DNA of 64,000 bases from Vulcanimicrobiota bacterium (GCA_963820825.1 CAWGBN010000008.1:512001-576000); one strand, 5' to 3'. Shown: positions 19,453 through 29,996, numbered from the stretch's first letter. Numbers and translations: made by a program. Notes: generated from the letters alone by a model not told the origin.

Positions 19453-20202
19453 ATGCGAGCCCGCGTTACGATCGTTGCCCTCGCGCTGCTCTGCGCGTGC
19501 GCGGGCCGTCAGCCCTCGCTGCCCAGCGTCGACGACGTGCAGGCGCGGTTCGTCAACGCCCTCGGCGGACGGGCGGCGATCATGCGGCCCCACTCGATGA
19601 CGATGCGCGGCACCTACGAGGTCTACGGGCCGCACGGTAAGCGCATCCACGTTGCGACGCTGCTCTATCTGGCCGATTTCAAACGCCTCGACGTACAGAC
19701 CGTGCCCGGCAGAGGCCGGTTTCTCTCCGGCTACGACGGGAAGACCGCGTGGGCGCTCGCGCCCGGCGGAAAGCCGACGGTGCTCTCGGGCCAAAACGCC
19801 GTCTCGATCCGGCGCGACGCCGATCTCTATTATTGGGCCCACATTCCGCAGTATTTTCGCACGATGAGCGTCGTCGGAATCGAGTCGTTTGCCGGACGTC
19901 GCTGCTATCATCTGCGCGGCACGACGCTCTGGGGCAACGAGAACAACCAGTACTACGACGTCGCGAGCGGATTGCTCGACGGATACCGCTTTCACCAGTG
20001 GGTCTCCGACGCGCCGGAGAAACCGGAGACGCGCCAGGTCTTCGAGCGCTATCGCAGCTTCGGCGGGCTCGCCTTTCCGACGCGCGAGACCGATTTCACC
20101 GACAATCGGCTCGTCGGCGTCGCTCGTCTGGAGTCGGTAACGTACGACGACGTCGACCCGGGCATATTCGTTCCGCCGGCAGCGGTGCAGAAACGGAGTT
20201 GA
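19453..20202 (+). CDS. Hypothetical lipoprotein, LolA/lipoprotein-sorting-like
   Basis: Lipobox LCAC; ALGG...GYDGKTAW...YRSFGGLAFP, similar to the N-domain of the 21687 protein. Confidence 0.65.
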   Translation: MRARVTIVALALLCACAGRQPSLPSVDDVQARFVNALGGRAAIMRPHSMTMRGTYEVYGPHGKRIHVATLLYLADFKRLDVQTVPGRGRFLSGYDGKTAWALAPGGKPTVLSGQNAVSIRRDADLYYWAHIPQYFRTMSVVGIESFAGRRCYHLRGTTLWGNENNQYYDVASGLLDGYRFHQWVSDAPEKPETRQVFERYRSFGGLAFPTRETDFTDNRLVGVARLESVTYDDVDPGIFVPPAAVQKRS

Positions 20203-20230
20203 CGGCGAGCGCGCGTCGAACGCCCCGCGC

Positions 20231-21646
20231 ATGAGCAATCTCCGGCGCCTCCTCGTCTTTTTGAGTCTCTCCTGTTCGATCGCACCCGGCCTGGCCGTCG
20301 CGCAGACACCGCAAACCGACACCGCGGCGATCGCGCGCGCCGGTACGAGCGTCGCCACGATCGTGACCGCCGCAAAAATTCCCGGAATGAGCGTCGCCGT
20401 CGCGCGCGACGGCGCGACCATCTACACCCACGCATACGGCTACGCGAACCTTGCCTCAAAAACGCCGGCGACGGTCGAGACGCACTACGAGATCGGCTCG
20501 ATCACCAAGCAGTTTACCGCAACCGCAATTCTGCAGCTCAAAGAGGCCGGAAGACTCTCGCTTAACGATACGCTCGCGCGCTGGATCCCCGAATATACGC
20601 GTGCCGCGAAGGTGACCGTTCGCGAGCTGCTCCAGCAGACGACCGGAATTCCCAACTACACCGAAGTCAATCACTTCGAAAAGATCGCGGGCACGCTGAA
20701 GCCTTCGTTCGCGGCGATCCTCGCGTTGATCCGCAACAAACCGCTCGAGTTCGCGCCGGGAAGCCGCTTCAGTTACAGCAACACCAACTACGTTCTGCTC
20801 GGCGAGATCGTCGAACGCGCCTCGGGAACTACCTGGGAGGCGTACGTGCGCAAGAACATCTTTGCACCGGCGAAGATGACGCAGAGCGGCTTCATCGACG
20901 ACGAGGCGACGCTGCAGCCGATGGCAACCGGATACGTCGTCAGCAAACACGGCGTGAAGATCGCGCCGCCGCTGCGCTCCGGCTGGGCCTGGTCGGCGGG
21001 GGCGATCGTCTCGACCGTCGACGATATGCTGGCGTGGGATGCCGCGCTCTTCGGCGGGCGGCTCATCAACCAGACCGACCTCGCGGCGATGTTCGCCGGC
21101 GGCAGAGAAGCCTTCGACAAGAACTCAAGCTACGGTTTCGGCTGGGTCGTCGACTCCGCCGACGGCCGCAAGCGCTACTGGCATAACGGCGGCACCTTCG
21201 GATTCTTAGCGGCGAACCTCGTCTTTCCAAAAGATCGAATGGCGGTCGTCGTGCTTCAGAACGCCGACACGATCGCCACGCCCGAATCGACGGCGCAGCG
21301 AGTCTTCGAGGCCTTCCAGCCCGCCGCGCTCGCTTCGGCGGCCGGCGAGGATCCGGTGGTAACGGCGCGCGTTCGCGATTGGCTCAACCGCTTCGAGACC
21401 GGCAACATCGACCGCTCCCAACTCGACGCGGCGATGAACAAGCTGCTAACCCCACAGTTCGTCACCGAGGTACGGCAGCAGCTTAGCATCCTCGGCGCAC
21501 CGCAGCGCCTCGTCTTCCTCGGCAAGACCGATTCCGGCGCATCGACGATCTACAACTACCGCGCGGTCTTTTCAGCCGTCTCCTTCACCATTCACATGGC
21601 GGTCGACGGGTCGGGAAGGATCTCCGGCTTCCGGCTGGCACCCTAG
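20231..21646 (+). CDS. Serine hydrolase (beta-lactamase class C / S12 family)
   Basis: SxxK (GSITK), YSN, WHNGG; signal peptide. Confidence 0.92.
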   Translation: MSNLRRLLVFLSLSCSIAPGLAVAQTPQTDTAAIARAGTSVATIVTAAKIPGMSVAVARDGATIYTHAYGYANLASKTPATVETHYEIGSITKQFTATAILQLKEAGRLSLNDTLARWIPEYTRAAKVTVRELLQQTTGIPNYTEVNHFEKIAGTLKPSFAAILALIRNKPLEFAPGSRFSYSNTNYVLLGEIVERASGTTWEAYVRKNIFAPAKMTQSGFIDDEATLQPMATGYVVSKHGVKIAPPLRSGWAWSAGAIVSTVDDMLAWDAALFGGRLINQTDLAAMFAGGREAFDKNSSYGFGWVVDSADGRKRYWHNGGTFGFLAANLVFPKDRMAVVVLQNADTIATPESTAQRVFEAFQPAALASAAGEDPVVTARVRDWLNRFETGNIDRSQLDAAMNKLLTPQFVTEVRQQLSILGAPQRLVFLGKTDSGASTIYNYRAVFSAVSFTIHMAVDGSGRISGFRLAP

Positions 21647-21686
21647 CCGGCGAAACACTGAGGCCTGCTCGGCCGTAGAGGGGACC

Positions 21687-23552
21687 ATGAAGCTCACAGC
21701 CGTTGCCGCGGGCGTATTTGCCGCCGCGGTCCTCTTTACGACAACCCCTTTGCGCGCCGCCGAACCCGATGCTGCGGTCGCACAGCTCATCAGCGCATCC
21801 GGAGATGCCCTCGGGGTCGCCTCTCTCGCCTCGGTGGAGACGATGCGCGTCGACGCCACCGTTACCGCCGTCGGCCTCAAAGGAACCGCGACGCAGTGGG
21901 CCAATCTGCGCGACGGGCGCTTCGCCGAAACGGCGAACCTTCCGCCGATCGTTCAGGCCGACGGTTACGACGGGCACGTCGAATGGAACGCCGACGGAAC
22001 CGGCCTCGTCTGGAACGGCGGCGGCGACAGCGAGCGCGCCTCGGAGATCAATCAGGCCTACATTGCCAGCTACGCGCTCTGGAAGCCGAATGCCGGCGGC
22101 GCGGCGGTGACCTCGCTCGGCACGAAAACGGCGGGCGGCAAAACCTACGATGCGTTGAGCATCACGCCGGCCGGATCCCAGGTGCCGTTCGAACTCTGGT
22201 TCGACCAAACGACGCACTTGCCGGCGTCGGCGCACTTCGTCAACGGCTTCATCACGTCGTCGGTCACCTTCGCCGATTATCAGCGCGTCAACGGGCTCAA
22301 CTATCCGTACGCCGGTCACTCCGAGTCGAGCGACGGCAACAACGCCGATTCAAAGGTGACGCGCGTTGCCTTCGATCCGCCGGGCGCGGCCGCCGCGCTC
22401 GATCGCCCGCAGACGAAACCGGACGATTTTTCGATTCAAAACGGTCAAACCTCGACGACCGTTCCGATCACGCTCGGCGAGAACCACGTCTATCTCGACG
22501 TGATGCTCAACGGTAAGGGTCCCTATCACTTCATCTTCGATACCGGCGGATCGAACGTCGTCGACCCCGTCGTGGCCAAGGAGATCGGCGCGTTCGGTGC
22601 CGGCTCGGCGCAGGGCAGCGGCGTCGGATCGACGACCGAGTCGCTCAGCTTCGCGAAAATTTCGTCGCTGCAAGTCGGCGACGCCGTGCTCAAGGATCAG
22701 CTCTTCGGCGTCGCGCCGACGCGAATGGGCTTCGGCGTCTCGGCGGGACGCCCGGTCGATGGTTTGATCGGCTGGGAAGTCCTCGCGCGGTACGTCACGA
22801 CCTTCGACTACGCAAGCCGGCAAGTCGTCTTGAGCCTGCCCGGCAGCGCGCAGCCGCCCGCGAACGGGCACATCGTGCCCTTCGTGCTCTACGGCACGCA
22901 GCCGCAGATCGCGTGCACGATCGATAACATCCCCGCCGAGTGCACGATCGATACCGGGGCGCGCGATACGATCACCTTCATGTCGCCGTTCATGGCCGCA
23001 CATCCGCAGATCGTTCCGGCGAAGCTCACCGCCGTCGGCGTGAACGGCTTCGGCTTCGGCGGTCCGGCGATGGGACGTTTGGGACGCGTGCAAACGATCG
23101 GCATCGACGATCTGCAGCTCACCAATCTCATCGGCGACTACACGACGCAGACGGCAGGGGCGCTCGCGGCGCCGTTCGTCGGCGCGAATATCGGCGGCAA
23201 CTTGCTGCGCCGCTTCAACGTCACCTTCGACTACTACAACGGCACGATGACGCTGGTTCCGAACGGCGACTTCACCATGGCCGACGCCTACGAGCGCTCC
23301 GGACTCTTCCTGATCCGCCGCGCGGGCAGCACGGTCGTCGTCGACTCGCGCGCGGGAACGCCGGCCGGAAAGGCCGGCATCGTTCGCGGCGACCAGATCG
23401 TCTCGATCGACGGCACGCCGACGAGCGGCATGCTGCTCTCCGACGTTCGCGGTCTGCTGGCGGGGCCTGCGGGGACGGTCGTAACGCTGCAGATCGCCGC
23501 CAAAGACGGAACGCAGCGCACGGTCAAGATCACGCTCGCAGATTACGTGTAA
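21687..23552 (+). CDS. Secreted tandem aspartyl protease + PDZ protein
   Basis: IFDTGG and TIDTGA; C-terminal PDZ (TPAGKAGIVRGDQIVSIDG). Confidence 0.87.
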   Translation: MKLTAVAAGVFAAAVLFTTTPLRAAEPDAAVAQLISASGDALGVASLASVETMRVDATVTAVGLKGTATQWANLRDGRFAETANLPPIVQADGYDGHVEWNADGTGLVWNGGGDSERASEINQAYIASYALWKPNAGGAAVTSLGTKTAGGKTYDALSITPAGSQVPFELWFDQTTHLPASAHFVNGFITSSVTFADYQRVNGLNYPYAGHSESSDGNNADSKVTRVAFDPPGAAAALDRPQTKPDDFSIQNGQTSTTVPITLGENHVYLDVMLNGKGPYHFIFDTGGSNVVDPVVAKEIGAFGAGSAQGSGVGSTTESLSFAKISSLQVGDAVLKDQLFGVAPTRMGFGVSAGRPVDGLIGWEVLARYVTTFDYASRQVVLSLPGSAQPPANGHIVPFVLYGTQPQIACTIDNIPAECTIDTGARDTITFMSPFMAAHPQIVPAKLTAVGVNGFGFGGPAMGRLGRVQTIGIDDLQLTNLIGDYTTQTAGALAAPFVGANIGGNLLRRFNVTFDYYNGTMTLVPNGDFTMADAYERSGLFLIRRAGSTVVVDSRAGTPAGKAGIVRGDQIVSIDGTPTSGMLLSDVRGLLAGPAGTVVTLQIAAKDGTQRTVKITLADYV

Positions 23553-23619
23553 CGCGGTATACGTTCCGAAACCGCATCTCGAGTAGGCTGGCGCTTGCCG
23601 GAAGCGAAGCCAAGGGGCC

Positions 23620-24822
23620 ATGAAGCGATTCTTGGCCCCGTTCCTTTTTCTTAGCCTCGTCTTTGCGCCGGTCGCGGCGGCGCCGGCGATTCAATCCGAC
23701 GCCGCGCTGCGAACCTCGCTGCAGCAAGATCTCGATCGATACCTAGCGGCGCGCGCGAAGATCGAGCACATCTCAGCGCTCTCGCTGAGCGTGAGCCTCC
23801 ACCGTGCCACGCAGAGTCTCAACCTTAGCGCGGGGCGCATGGCGTACGGCGGCGGCACGCCGGTCACGACCGCGAGTCTCTGGCAGATCGGCAGCAACAC
23901 CAAGGCCTTTACCGCCGCAACGATCCTGCAACTCGAGGCCGAAGGAAGACTCACGATCGATCAGACCGTCGGCCGCTGGCTGCCGCAGTACCCGGCGTGG
24001 AAGAATGTGACGATCCGGCGGTTGCTGAGCATGACCAGCGGCATTCCGACCTACGACGATACGCCGCAGATGCTCGGCGATTATGCCCGGAATCCAAAGC
24101 ACGACTTCACCATCCCGGAACTGATTGCGTACGTCTACCCGACCAATCCGAAGGCCCCGCGACCGACGACCGGCTACTCCTATTCGAATACTAACTATCT
24201 CCTGAGCGAACTGATTATCGAGCGCGTCACGCACGATCGGTACAAGAGCCAACTCGAGCGGCGCTTTCTTCGTTCGGACCTCGGCTTGAACGATACCTAC
24301 TACGAGTCGTTCCGTTACCCGCAAGATATCGTCGCGCGCATGCCGGCCGGGTACTTCTTCAATCACGATGCGGACGACGCGGCGCTCGCGCCGTTGCTCG
24401 GAGAGAACATCAGCGACGACAGCGTCTCGTGGATGCAGGGCGCGGGCGGCATCGTTTCAACGCCCGAGGACCTCACGCGCTGGGCTCGCGCGCTCTATAC
24501 CGGACCGATGCTCGCGCGCAAGCAGCGAGCCGAGCTTTTCAGCCTCGTCTCGATCAAAACCGGCAAGCCGATTGCGCAAACCAGCCTGCAAGATCCGCGC
24601 GGATTCGGTCTGGGCGTCGCCCAGATGACCGCTCCGGGACTCGGCACATTCTGGTTCTACGAAGGCGAGAGTCTCGGCTTCCGGATGGTCCACCTCTATC
24701 TGCCGCAGCAGGACGCGGTGATCGCCATCGGATTCAACAGTCAGCCCGACGGCGCGCAAGATCACAGCAAGGATCTCGCACAGTCCGTCTACGCTACGCT
24801 GCACGCGGCCGGGCGCTTGTAG
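23620..24822 (+). CDS. Serine hydrolase (D-peptidase / beta-lactamase family)
   Basis: GSNTK, YSN; signal peptide. Confidence 0.9.
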   Translation: MKRFLAPFLFLSLVFAPVAAAPAIQSDAALRTSLQQDLDRYLAARAKIEHISALSLSVSLHRATQSLNLSAGRMAYGGGTPVTTASLWQIGSNTKAFTAATILQLEAEGRLTIDQTVGRWLPQYPAWKNVTIRRLLSMTSGIPTYDDTPQMLGDYARNPKHDFTIPELIAYVYPTNPKAPRPTTGYSYSNTNYLLSELIIERVTHDRYKSQLERRFLRSDLGLNDTYYESFRYPQDIVARMPAGYFFNHDADDAALAPLLGENISDDSVSWMQGAGGIVSTPEDLTRWARALYTGPMLARKQRAELFSLVSIKTGKPIAQTSLQDPRGFGLGVAQMTAPGLGTFWFYEGESLGFRMVHLYLPQQDAVIAIGFNSQPDGAQDHSKDLAQSVYATLHAAGRL

Positions 24823-24898
24823 AGACGACAGGTTCCCTCTAGCCGGTTCCGTAAAAGAGGGCCTCCCAAAACACTCTCGCCGCTTAGGGAGATCAACC

Positions 24899-25915
24899 AT
24901 GTTGCAAGCCGTCCCGCGCCGCACGTTGCTCGTAGCGGTAGCGCTCTCGTTCTTGGCCGGTTGCTCCGGTAGCTCGTCTACGACCGGTCTGTCTTCCCTC
25001 ACGCCAACCACGCCGCAAACTCGTTCGGGCATGCGCGTTCTGCCGGGTCCGCAAGTCTCCGGCCCGCGCGTTCTCCCGGCCATCGCCCAGAAGCCCAACG
25101 CTCCGGCGGGCTGGCCCAACATGCACCACAAGAAGAAGAAAATGTTTCTCTTCGTCGCAGATGGTTCTAGCGGCGTACTGATTTACAATCCGAAGACCGC
25201 AAACGGATCGCCCACCGGATCGATCACCACCGGCGTCGACGCGCCGGCCGGCGTAGCGGTCGATTCGGCCGGTTCCCTCTATGTGACCAACGAAGGGAAC
25301 CAAACCGTCACGGTTTATCCGAAGGGACAAAGCTCACCGAGCTTGACGATCGGCACCGGGATCAGTTCGCCCTATGGAATCGCCGTGGACTCCAAGGGCA
25401 ACGTCTTCGTCAGCAACCTGGGCACCAACAACGTAACCGCCTACGCTGCCGGCTCGACGTCGCCTTATGAAACGATTAACTTCAACTCCTACGGTCAGGC
25501 GGTCGGCGTCGGCGTCGATGCCGGGGACAACATCTGGGTTGCCTGCGATTCCTCCAACGCGGTCTTCGAAATAGCGAAGGGGACGACCAGCGTGCAGAAC
25601 GCTCATCTTATCGGCCTCAACGGACCGATTAGCGTGGCATTCGGGCAGCAGGACGTGACGTACGTCTCCAGCTTCTCCGGAGGAAACGTGAACGTATATG
25701 CCTACGGCACGACGACGCCGTCGGCAACGATCACCACCGGCATCGAGAAGTCCGGACCGACGCTCGGCGGCTTCGCGAAGAACAACTCGTACTTCCAATC
25801 GAACCAGGCCTTTAACGTCGTGGGATACCTCAGCGGCCAGACTACGCCGTTCTCGACCCTCAGCGGGGCGACGAGTCCGCTGGGCATCGCCGGACGTCCG
25901 TTGGTCAGCAAGTAG
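24899..25915 (+). CDS. NHL-repeat beta-propeller lipoprotein
   Basis: Lipobox LAGC; PxGxAVDSxGxxYV repeats. Confidence 0.85.
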   Translation: MLQAVPRRTLLVAVALSFLAGCSGSSSTTGLSSLTPTTPQTRSGMRVLPGPQVSGPRVLPAIAQKPNAPAGWPNMHHKKKKMFLFVADGSSGVLIYNPKTANGSPTGSITTGVDAPAGVAVDSAGSLYVTNEGNQTVTVYPKGQSSPSLTIGTGISSPYGIAVDSKGNVFVSNLGTNNVTAYAAGSTSPYETINFNSYGQAVGVGVDAGDNIWVACDSSNAVFEIAKGTTSVQNAHLIGLNGPISVAFGQQDVTYVSSFSGGNVNVYAYGTTTPSATITTGIEKSGPTLGGFAKNNSYFQSNQAFNVVGYLSGQTTPFSTLSGATSPLGIAGRPLVSK

Positions 25916-25934
25916 AACGCACTGGAAAACGCGC

Positions 25935-25963
25935 AAGGGCGCGCGGCACCGCCGCGCGCCTTT
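25935..25963 (+). terminator. Probable intrinsic terminator
   Basis: AAGGGCGCGCGGC-ACC-GCCGCGCGCCTTT hairpin just after the stop codon. Confidence 0.7.
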
Positions 25964-25982
25964 CTGTGTTCTGAACCTCACT

Positions 25983-27008
25983 ATGAGCAACACGACGATG
26001 CGAGCCGCGGTCGTCCCCTCCGCCGATGCCGCTCGCTTAGAACTTCGGAACGTTCCCCTTCCCGAGCCGGGCCCAGGTGAAGTTCGCATCAAGGTGGAGG
26101 CGTGCGGCGTCTGTCACAGCGATGTGCTGACCGTCGCAAACGCCTGGCCCGGGATATCGTATCCGCGTATTCCCGGCCACGAGATCGCGGGAAGAATCGA
26201 CGCGCTCGGCCCCCGGACCGATGCATGGAAAGCTGGAGAGCGAGTTGGGCTGGGCTGGCACGGCGGTCACGACGCCACCTGCGATCGCTGCCGGCGCGGC
26301 GACTTCATCACCTGTCGTAACTTGAAGGTTCCCGGCATCGCGTACGACGGCGGTTACGCCCAGTACGCGATCGCACCGGTCGTCGCGTTGGCGCGCATTC
26401 CCGGCGAACTCACCGCGGTCGAGGCGGCGCCGCTGATGTGCGCCGGAATTACGACGTTTAATTCGCTGCGCCACAGCGGCGCCCGCGCCGGGGATCTCGT
26501 CGCGATTTTAGGAATCGGCGGCTTAGGACATTTGGCGGTGCAGTATTCCTCGAAAATGGGATTCCGGACCGTCGCAATCGCACGCGGACGCGACAAGGAA
26601 GCGTTGGCGCGATCGCTCGGAGCCGTCGAGTATATCGATAGCCGCGCAACCGATCCCGGAGCCGCACTGCAAGCGTTGGGCGGCGCGCGCGTCGTACTTT
26701 CGACGATCACCGCTGCGGCGGCGATGGAGCCGGTGCTCAACGGCCTCGGCGTCGACGGCCAGTTGCTCATCGTCGGTGCGGCGCCCGAGCCGTTGCCCGT
26801 CAATACCGCTCCGATGATCGGCAAGCGCAGCTCACTTCGCGCGTGGGCCTCGGGAACGTGCGCCGATTCGGAGGACGCGATGCGTTTCAGCGTGCTCAGC
26901 GGCGTGCGCGCAATGGTCGAGGTGATGCCGCTCGAACGCGCCGGGGAGGCTTACGAACGCATGATGAGCGGCGCGGCTCGCTTTCGGGTGGTTCTCACCC
27001 CGGAGTAA
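25983..27008 (+). CDS. Zn-dependent alcohol dehydrogenase
   Basis: CGVCHSD, PGHE, LMCAGITT, GIGGLG. Confidence 0.93.
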   Translation: MSNTTMRAAVVPSADAARLELRNVPLPEPGPGEVRIKVEACGVCHSDVLTVANAWPGISYPRIPGHEIAGRIDALGPRTDAWKAGERVGLGWHGGHDATCDRCRRGDFITCRNLKVPGIAYDGGYAQYAIAPVVALARIPGELTAVEAAPLMCAGITTFNSLRHSGARAGDLVAILGIGGLGHLAVQYSSKMGFRTVAIARGRDKEALARSLGAVEYIDSRATDPGAALQALGGARVVLSTITAAAAMEPVLNGLGVDGQLLIVGAAPEPLPVNTAPMIGKRSSLRAWASGTCADSEDAMRFSVLSGVRAMVEVMPLERAGEAYERMMSGAARFRVVLTPE

Positions 27009-27017
27009 TCGCGGCGC

Positions 27018-27791
27018 TCACCGCTTTCGTTCCACCGCGATCCGCGAGAACGGTACGAGGATGCGCCGCGGAACGAGGCGGGCCGAGAGATCGACGAGCC
27101 AGTTCGACGGCGGCCAGGGAACGTTGAGCGCTTTACCCCGCAGCAGCCCGCGATACGCGGCCCTTGCCATCGTCGCCGGATTTGCGCGCGGAAGCGAAAA
27201 GAGCGGCGTCGTGCCGGAATTCGCGCGCGCAGCGAAGCCGGTATCCATCGTACCCGGAGCAAAGCAGCTCACGGTCACACCGCTGCCGCGCAACTCTTCG
27301 GCGATCGCCAGCGAGAACGAGATCACGTAGGCTTTGCATGCGTAGTAGACGGCCATGAAGGGACCCGGCAGAAGGCCCGCGGTCGAAGCGACGTTGAGAA
27401 TCTTCCCGTCGCGCCGCTCGATCATCCCGGGAAGATACTCTCGCGTCAGCATGGTGAGCGTCAGAACGTCGAGCACGATCTCTTGCGTAATTCGTTCTTC
27501 TCCGATTCGGTCGAAGCGCTCGTTGGTCGCAAAGCCCGCGTTGTTGATCAGAACGTCGCAGCGCGGTACCTCGGCGAAGAGTCTCTCGGCTGCATCGGAG
27601 ACGGCGAGATCTGCGACGACCGGCCGTGCGTCGACCCCGTGACGAGCCTGTAATTCCTCGGCGATCGCTCGGAGCTTCGCTTCGGAGCGCGCGACCAGGA
27701 CCAGGTCGTATCCCTCGGCCGCGAGCACTTTGGCCAGCTCGAGACCAAAACCACCCGATGCGCCGGTAACGACCGCCAACTTCGGCATCAA
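27018..27791 (-). CDS. SDR oxidoreductase
   Basis: TGASGGFG, NNAG, YYACK (YxxxK). Confidence 0.92.
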   Translation of the reverse strand: MMPKLAVVTGASGGFGLELAKVLAAEGYDLVLVARSEAKLRAIAEELQARHGVDARPVVADLAVSDAAERLFAEVPRCDVLINNAGFATNERFDRIGEERITQEIVLDVLTLTMLTREYLPGMIERRDGKILNVASTAGLLPGPFMAVYYACKAYVISFSLAIAEELRGSGVTVSCFAPGTMDTGFAARANSGTTPLFSLPRANPATMARAAYRGLLRGKALNVPWPPSNWLVDLSARLVPRRILVPFSRIAVERKR

Positions 27792-27816
27792 TCCCTAATT
27801 CGCACCATCCTACTTC

Positions 27817-27840
27817 TGTCATTCCGAGCGCAGGATGCCA
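27817..27840 (+). repeat. Degenerate REP-like repeat
   Basis: TGTCATTCCGAGCGCAGGATGCCA. Confidence 0.45.
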
Positions 27841-27871
27841 CGGATCGGTGCGCGCTGCGGTTGTAGCTTGA

Positions 27872-28357
27872 ATGAACGTTCGTAGACTCAACCACGCGGT
27901 GCTGCGCGTCCGCGACCTCGAGCGCAGCCTCGCCTTCTACCACGACGTGCTCGGCCTCGAGCCGATCGCGCGGATGGGCAAGGTGATGGCATTCATGCGA
28001 GCGCCCGGTTCGGAGAACCACCACGACCTCGGGCTCGCCGCGGTCGGTCCGCAGGCGCCGCCGCCGAACGAACGCGGGGTCGGGCTCTATCATCTCGCGT
28101 GGGAAGTCGACGAGATCGAGTCGCTGCGTGAGGCGCGCGAGGCGCTGCAGGGCTACGGGACGCTCAGCGGCGCGAGCGATCACGGCGCGACGAAGTCGAT
28201 CTACGGTTACGATCCCGACGGCAACGAGTTCGAAGTGATGTGGATGGTGCCGCGCGAGCACTGGGACGAATTCGAGAACGCCGCAGCGACGCGCCCGCTC
28301 GATCTCGATGCGGAGATCGCGCGCTGGGGCGGCCTCTCAGCTACGACGGCGGGCTAA
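27872..28357 (+). CDS. VOC/glyoxalase family protein
   Basis: LNHAVLRVRDLERS...LYHLAWEV...DPDGNEFE. Confidence 0.9.
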   Translation: MNVRRLNHAVLRVRDLERSLAFYHDVLGLEPIARMGKVMAFMRAPGSENHHDLGLAAVGPQAPPPNERGVGLYHLAWEVDEIESLREAREALQGYGTLSGASDHGATKSIYGYDPDGNEFEVMWMVPREHWDEFENAAATRPLDLDAEIARWGGLSATTAG

Positions 28358-29911
28358 GAGCAGCGCTCCCGGGGTGATCAGCAGTGCAAGCACGCCGGTA
28401 ACGAAGAAGGCATCGGCGTAGGCAAGGGCCGACGCCTGTTCGGTAACGGATGCCGCGAGTTGCGCGGGCGTTCCGTGCTGCAAAAACTGCACCACCGGCA
28501 GCCGCGAGAGCGTCACTTCCGCCGCGAGCACCGTCTGATGAAACTGCTCGCGCCGGTCGAGAAACGCAACGATCGCCGCCGACGATATCGAGCCGCCGAG
28601 CTGGAAGAAGAGCACGATGAACGAGCTTGCTTTCGCCGCCGCGTCAGGCGCGACCGCGCGCATCGTCGCCACGAGGAGCGGCGAGTAGACGAACGCGGCG
28701 CCGGTACCGATGACGAGCAGCGGAATCACGAACGCCATCAAGTCGCTGCCGGTGGTGACGCCGCGCGCGAGCATCAGCGAACCGAATCCGGCGACCGCCA
28801 AACCGCCGCCGATCAGCCAGCGCAGATCGAGCCCCGGAAGATTCGTGATGCGGCCGACGGGGATCGTCAGCAGCAATACCGGCAGCGCGCGCGCGCCGAT
28901 CAAGAACCCGGCAAGCGTGCTGGTAAAGCCGAGATTATCGACGGTGAACTGCGGCAGCAAGAGCAGGCTCGGAAAGATGACCGCCGCATACGCGCCGGCG
29001 ATCGCGAGCGCCGCGGCAACGGCCGGCGAGCCTAAGATCCGCAGATCGACGATCGGTTGCGGTACGCGCAGCTCCCACCAAACGAAGACCGCGGTGGCCG
29101 CAATCGTCAAGAACGTACAGATGACGATCGTTTGATTCGAGAACCAATCGTCGTGCTGCCCCTGATCGAGCACGTATTGCAGGCAGCTCACCGCAACGAT
29201 CAACAACGCGATTCCGGCGAGATCGATCGATGCGCGTTCGGCGCGCCCGGGATCGCGCATGTACCGCCACAGGATTACGAACGCGAGAATTCCGGGAACG
29301 AGATTGACGTCGAAGACCCACGGCCACGAGAGGTTGTCGACGAGAACCCCTCCGAGCGTCGGACCGATCGACGGTCCGAGAATCGTACCGAGTGCGAAGA
29401 TCGACTGGCTCAGACCGATCTGCTTCAACGGAAAGGTGTCGCGCAGCACCACTTGCGCCGTCGCGAGCAATCCGCCGCCGAAGGCGCCTTGCACGATGCG
29501 AAAGAGAATCAGCTCGTTGAGCGAGCCCGCGATGCCGCAGAGCATCGAAGCGACGGTGAATCCCGCGATCGAGGCGAGAAGATAATTTTTTCGCCCGAAG
29601 CGTAGCTGCAGCCACGGCGTCAGCGGAATTACGACGACGTTCGCGACCACGTAACCGGTGAGCACCCAGGTCGCCTCGTCGACCGTCGCGCCGAGATTTC
29701 CCTGAATCGTCGGCAACGCGACGTTGACGATGGTGAGATCGACCGTCTGCAAAAGCGCGGCGAGCATGACACCGGCAACCACGAGCATGCGACGCGTGCC
29801 GTACTCGACCAGCGACGACCCGGTGTAGGGCGACGGCGCAACCGGGGCGCGGAGATTGGGGCGGGCGGGAACAACGCCGATAGTGCGGGCGGGCCGCTCG
29901 GCAACCGACAC
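28337..29911 (-). CDS. DHA2 (EmrB/QacA) MFS efflux permease
   Basis: DLTIVNVALP, WPWVFDVNLVPG; about 14 TM segments. Confidence 0.92.
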   Translation of the reverse strand: MSVAERPARTIGVVPARPNLRAPVAPSPYTGSSLVEYGTRRMLVVAGVMLAALLQTVDLTIVNVALPTIQGNLGATVDEATWVLTGYVVANVVVIPLTPWLQLRFGRKNYLLASIAGFTVASMLCGIAGSLNELILFRIVQGAFGGGLLATAQVVLRDTFPLKQIGLSQSIFALGTILGPSIGPTLGGVLVDNLSWPWVFDVNLVPGILAFVILWRYMRDPGRAERASIDLAGIALLIVAVSCLQYVLDQGQHDDWFSNQTIVICTFLTIAATAVFVWWELRVPQPIVDLRILGSPAVAAALAIAGAYAAVIFPSLLLLPQFTVDNLGFTSTLAGFLIGARALPVLLLTIPVGRITNLPGLDLRWLIGGGLAVAGFGSLMLARGVTTGSDLMAFVIPLLVIGTGAAFVYSPLLVATMRAVAPDAAAKASSFIVLFFQLGGSISSAAIVAFLDRREQFHQTVLAAEVTLSRLPVVQFLQHGTPAQLAASVTEQASALAYADAFFVTGVLALLITPGALLLARRRS

Positions 29912-29951
29912 GTTCGACTCCGTGGTTCTGGGGGTTTAGTAGGTTGAACCA

Positions 29952-29996
29952 AGGATAACGAATGTGTAATACTATTACCAGCCCATGGTTTATCCT
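29952..29996. promoter_or_regulatory. Nested inverted repeats, candidate operator between the MFS gene and the MmyB regulator
   Basis: AGGATAA...TTATCCT enclosing GTAATA-C-TATTAC. Confidence 0.5.

Noticed and set aside
20231..24822. Antibiotic-resistance beta-lactamases
   Set aside because: SxxK and YxN motifs are shared by many peptidases and esterases; nothing specifically indicates beta-lactam hydrolysis.
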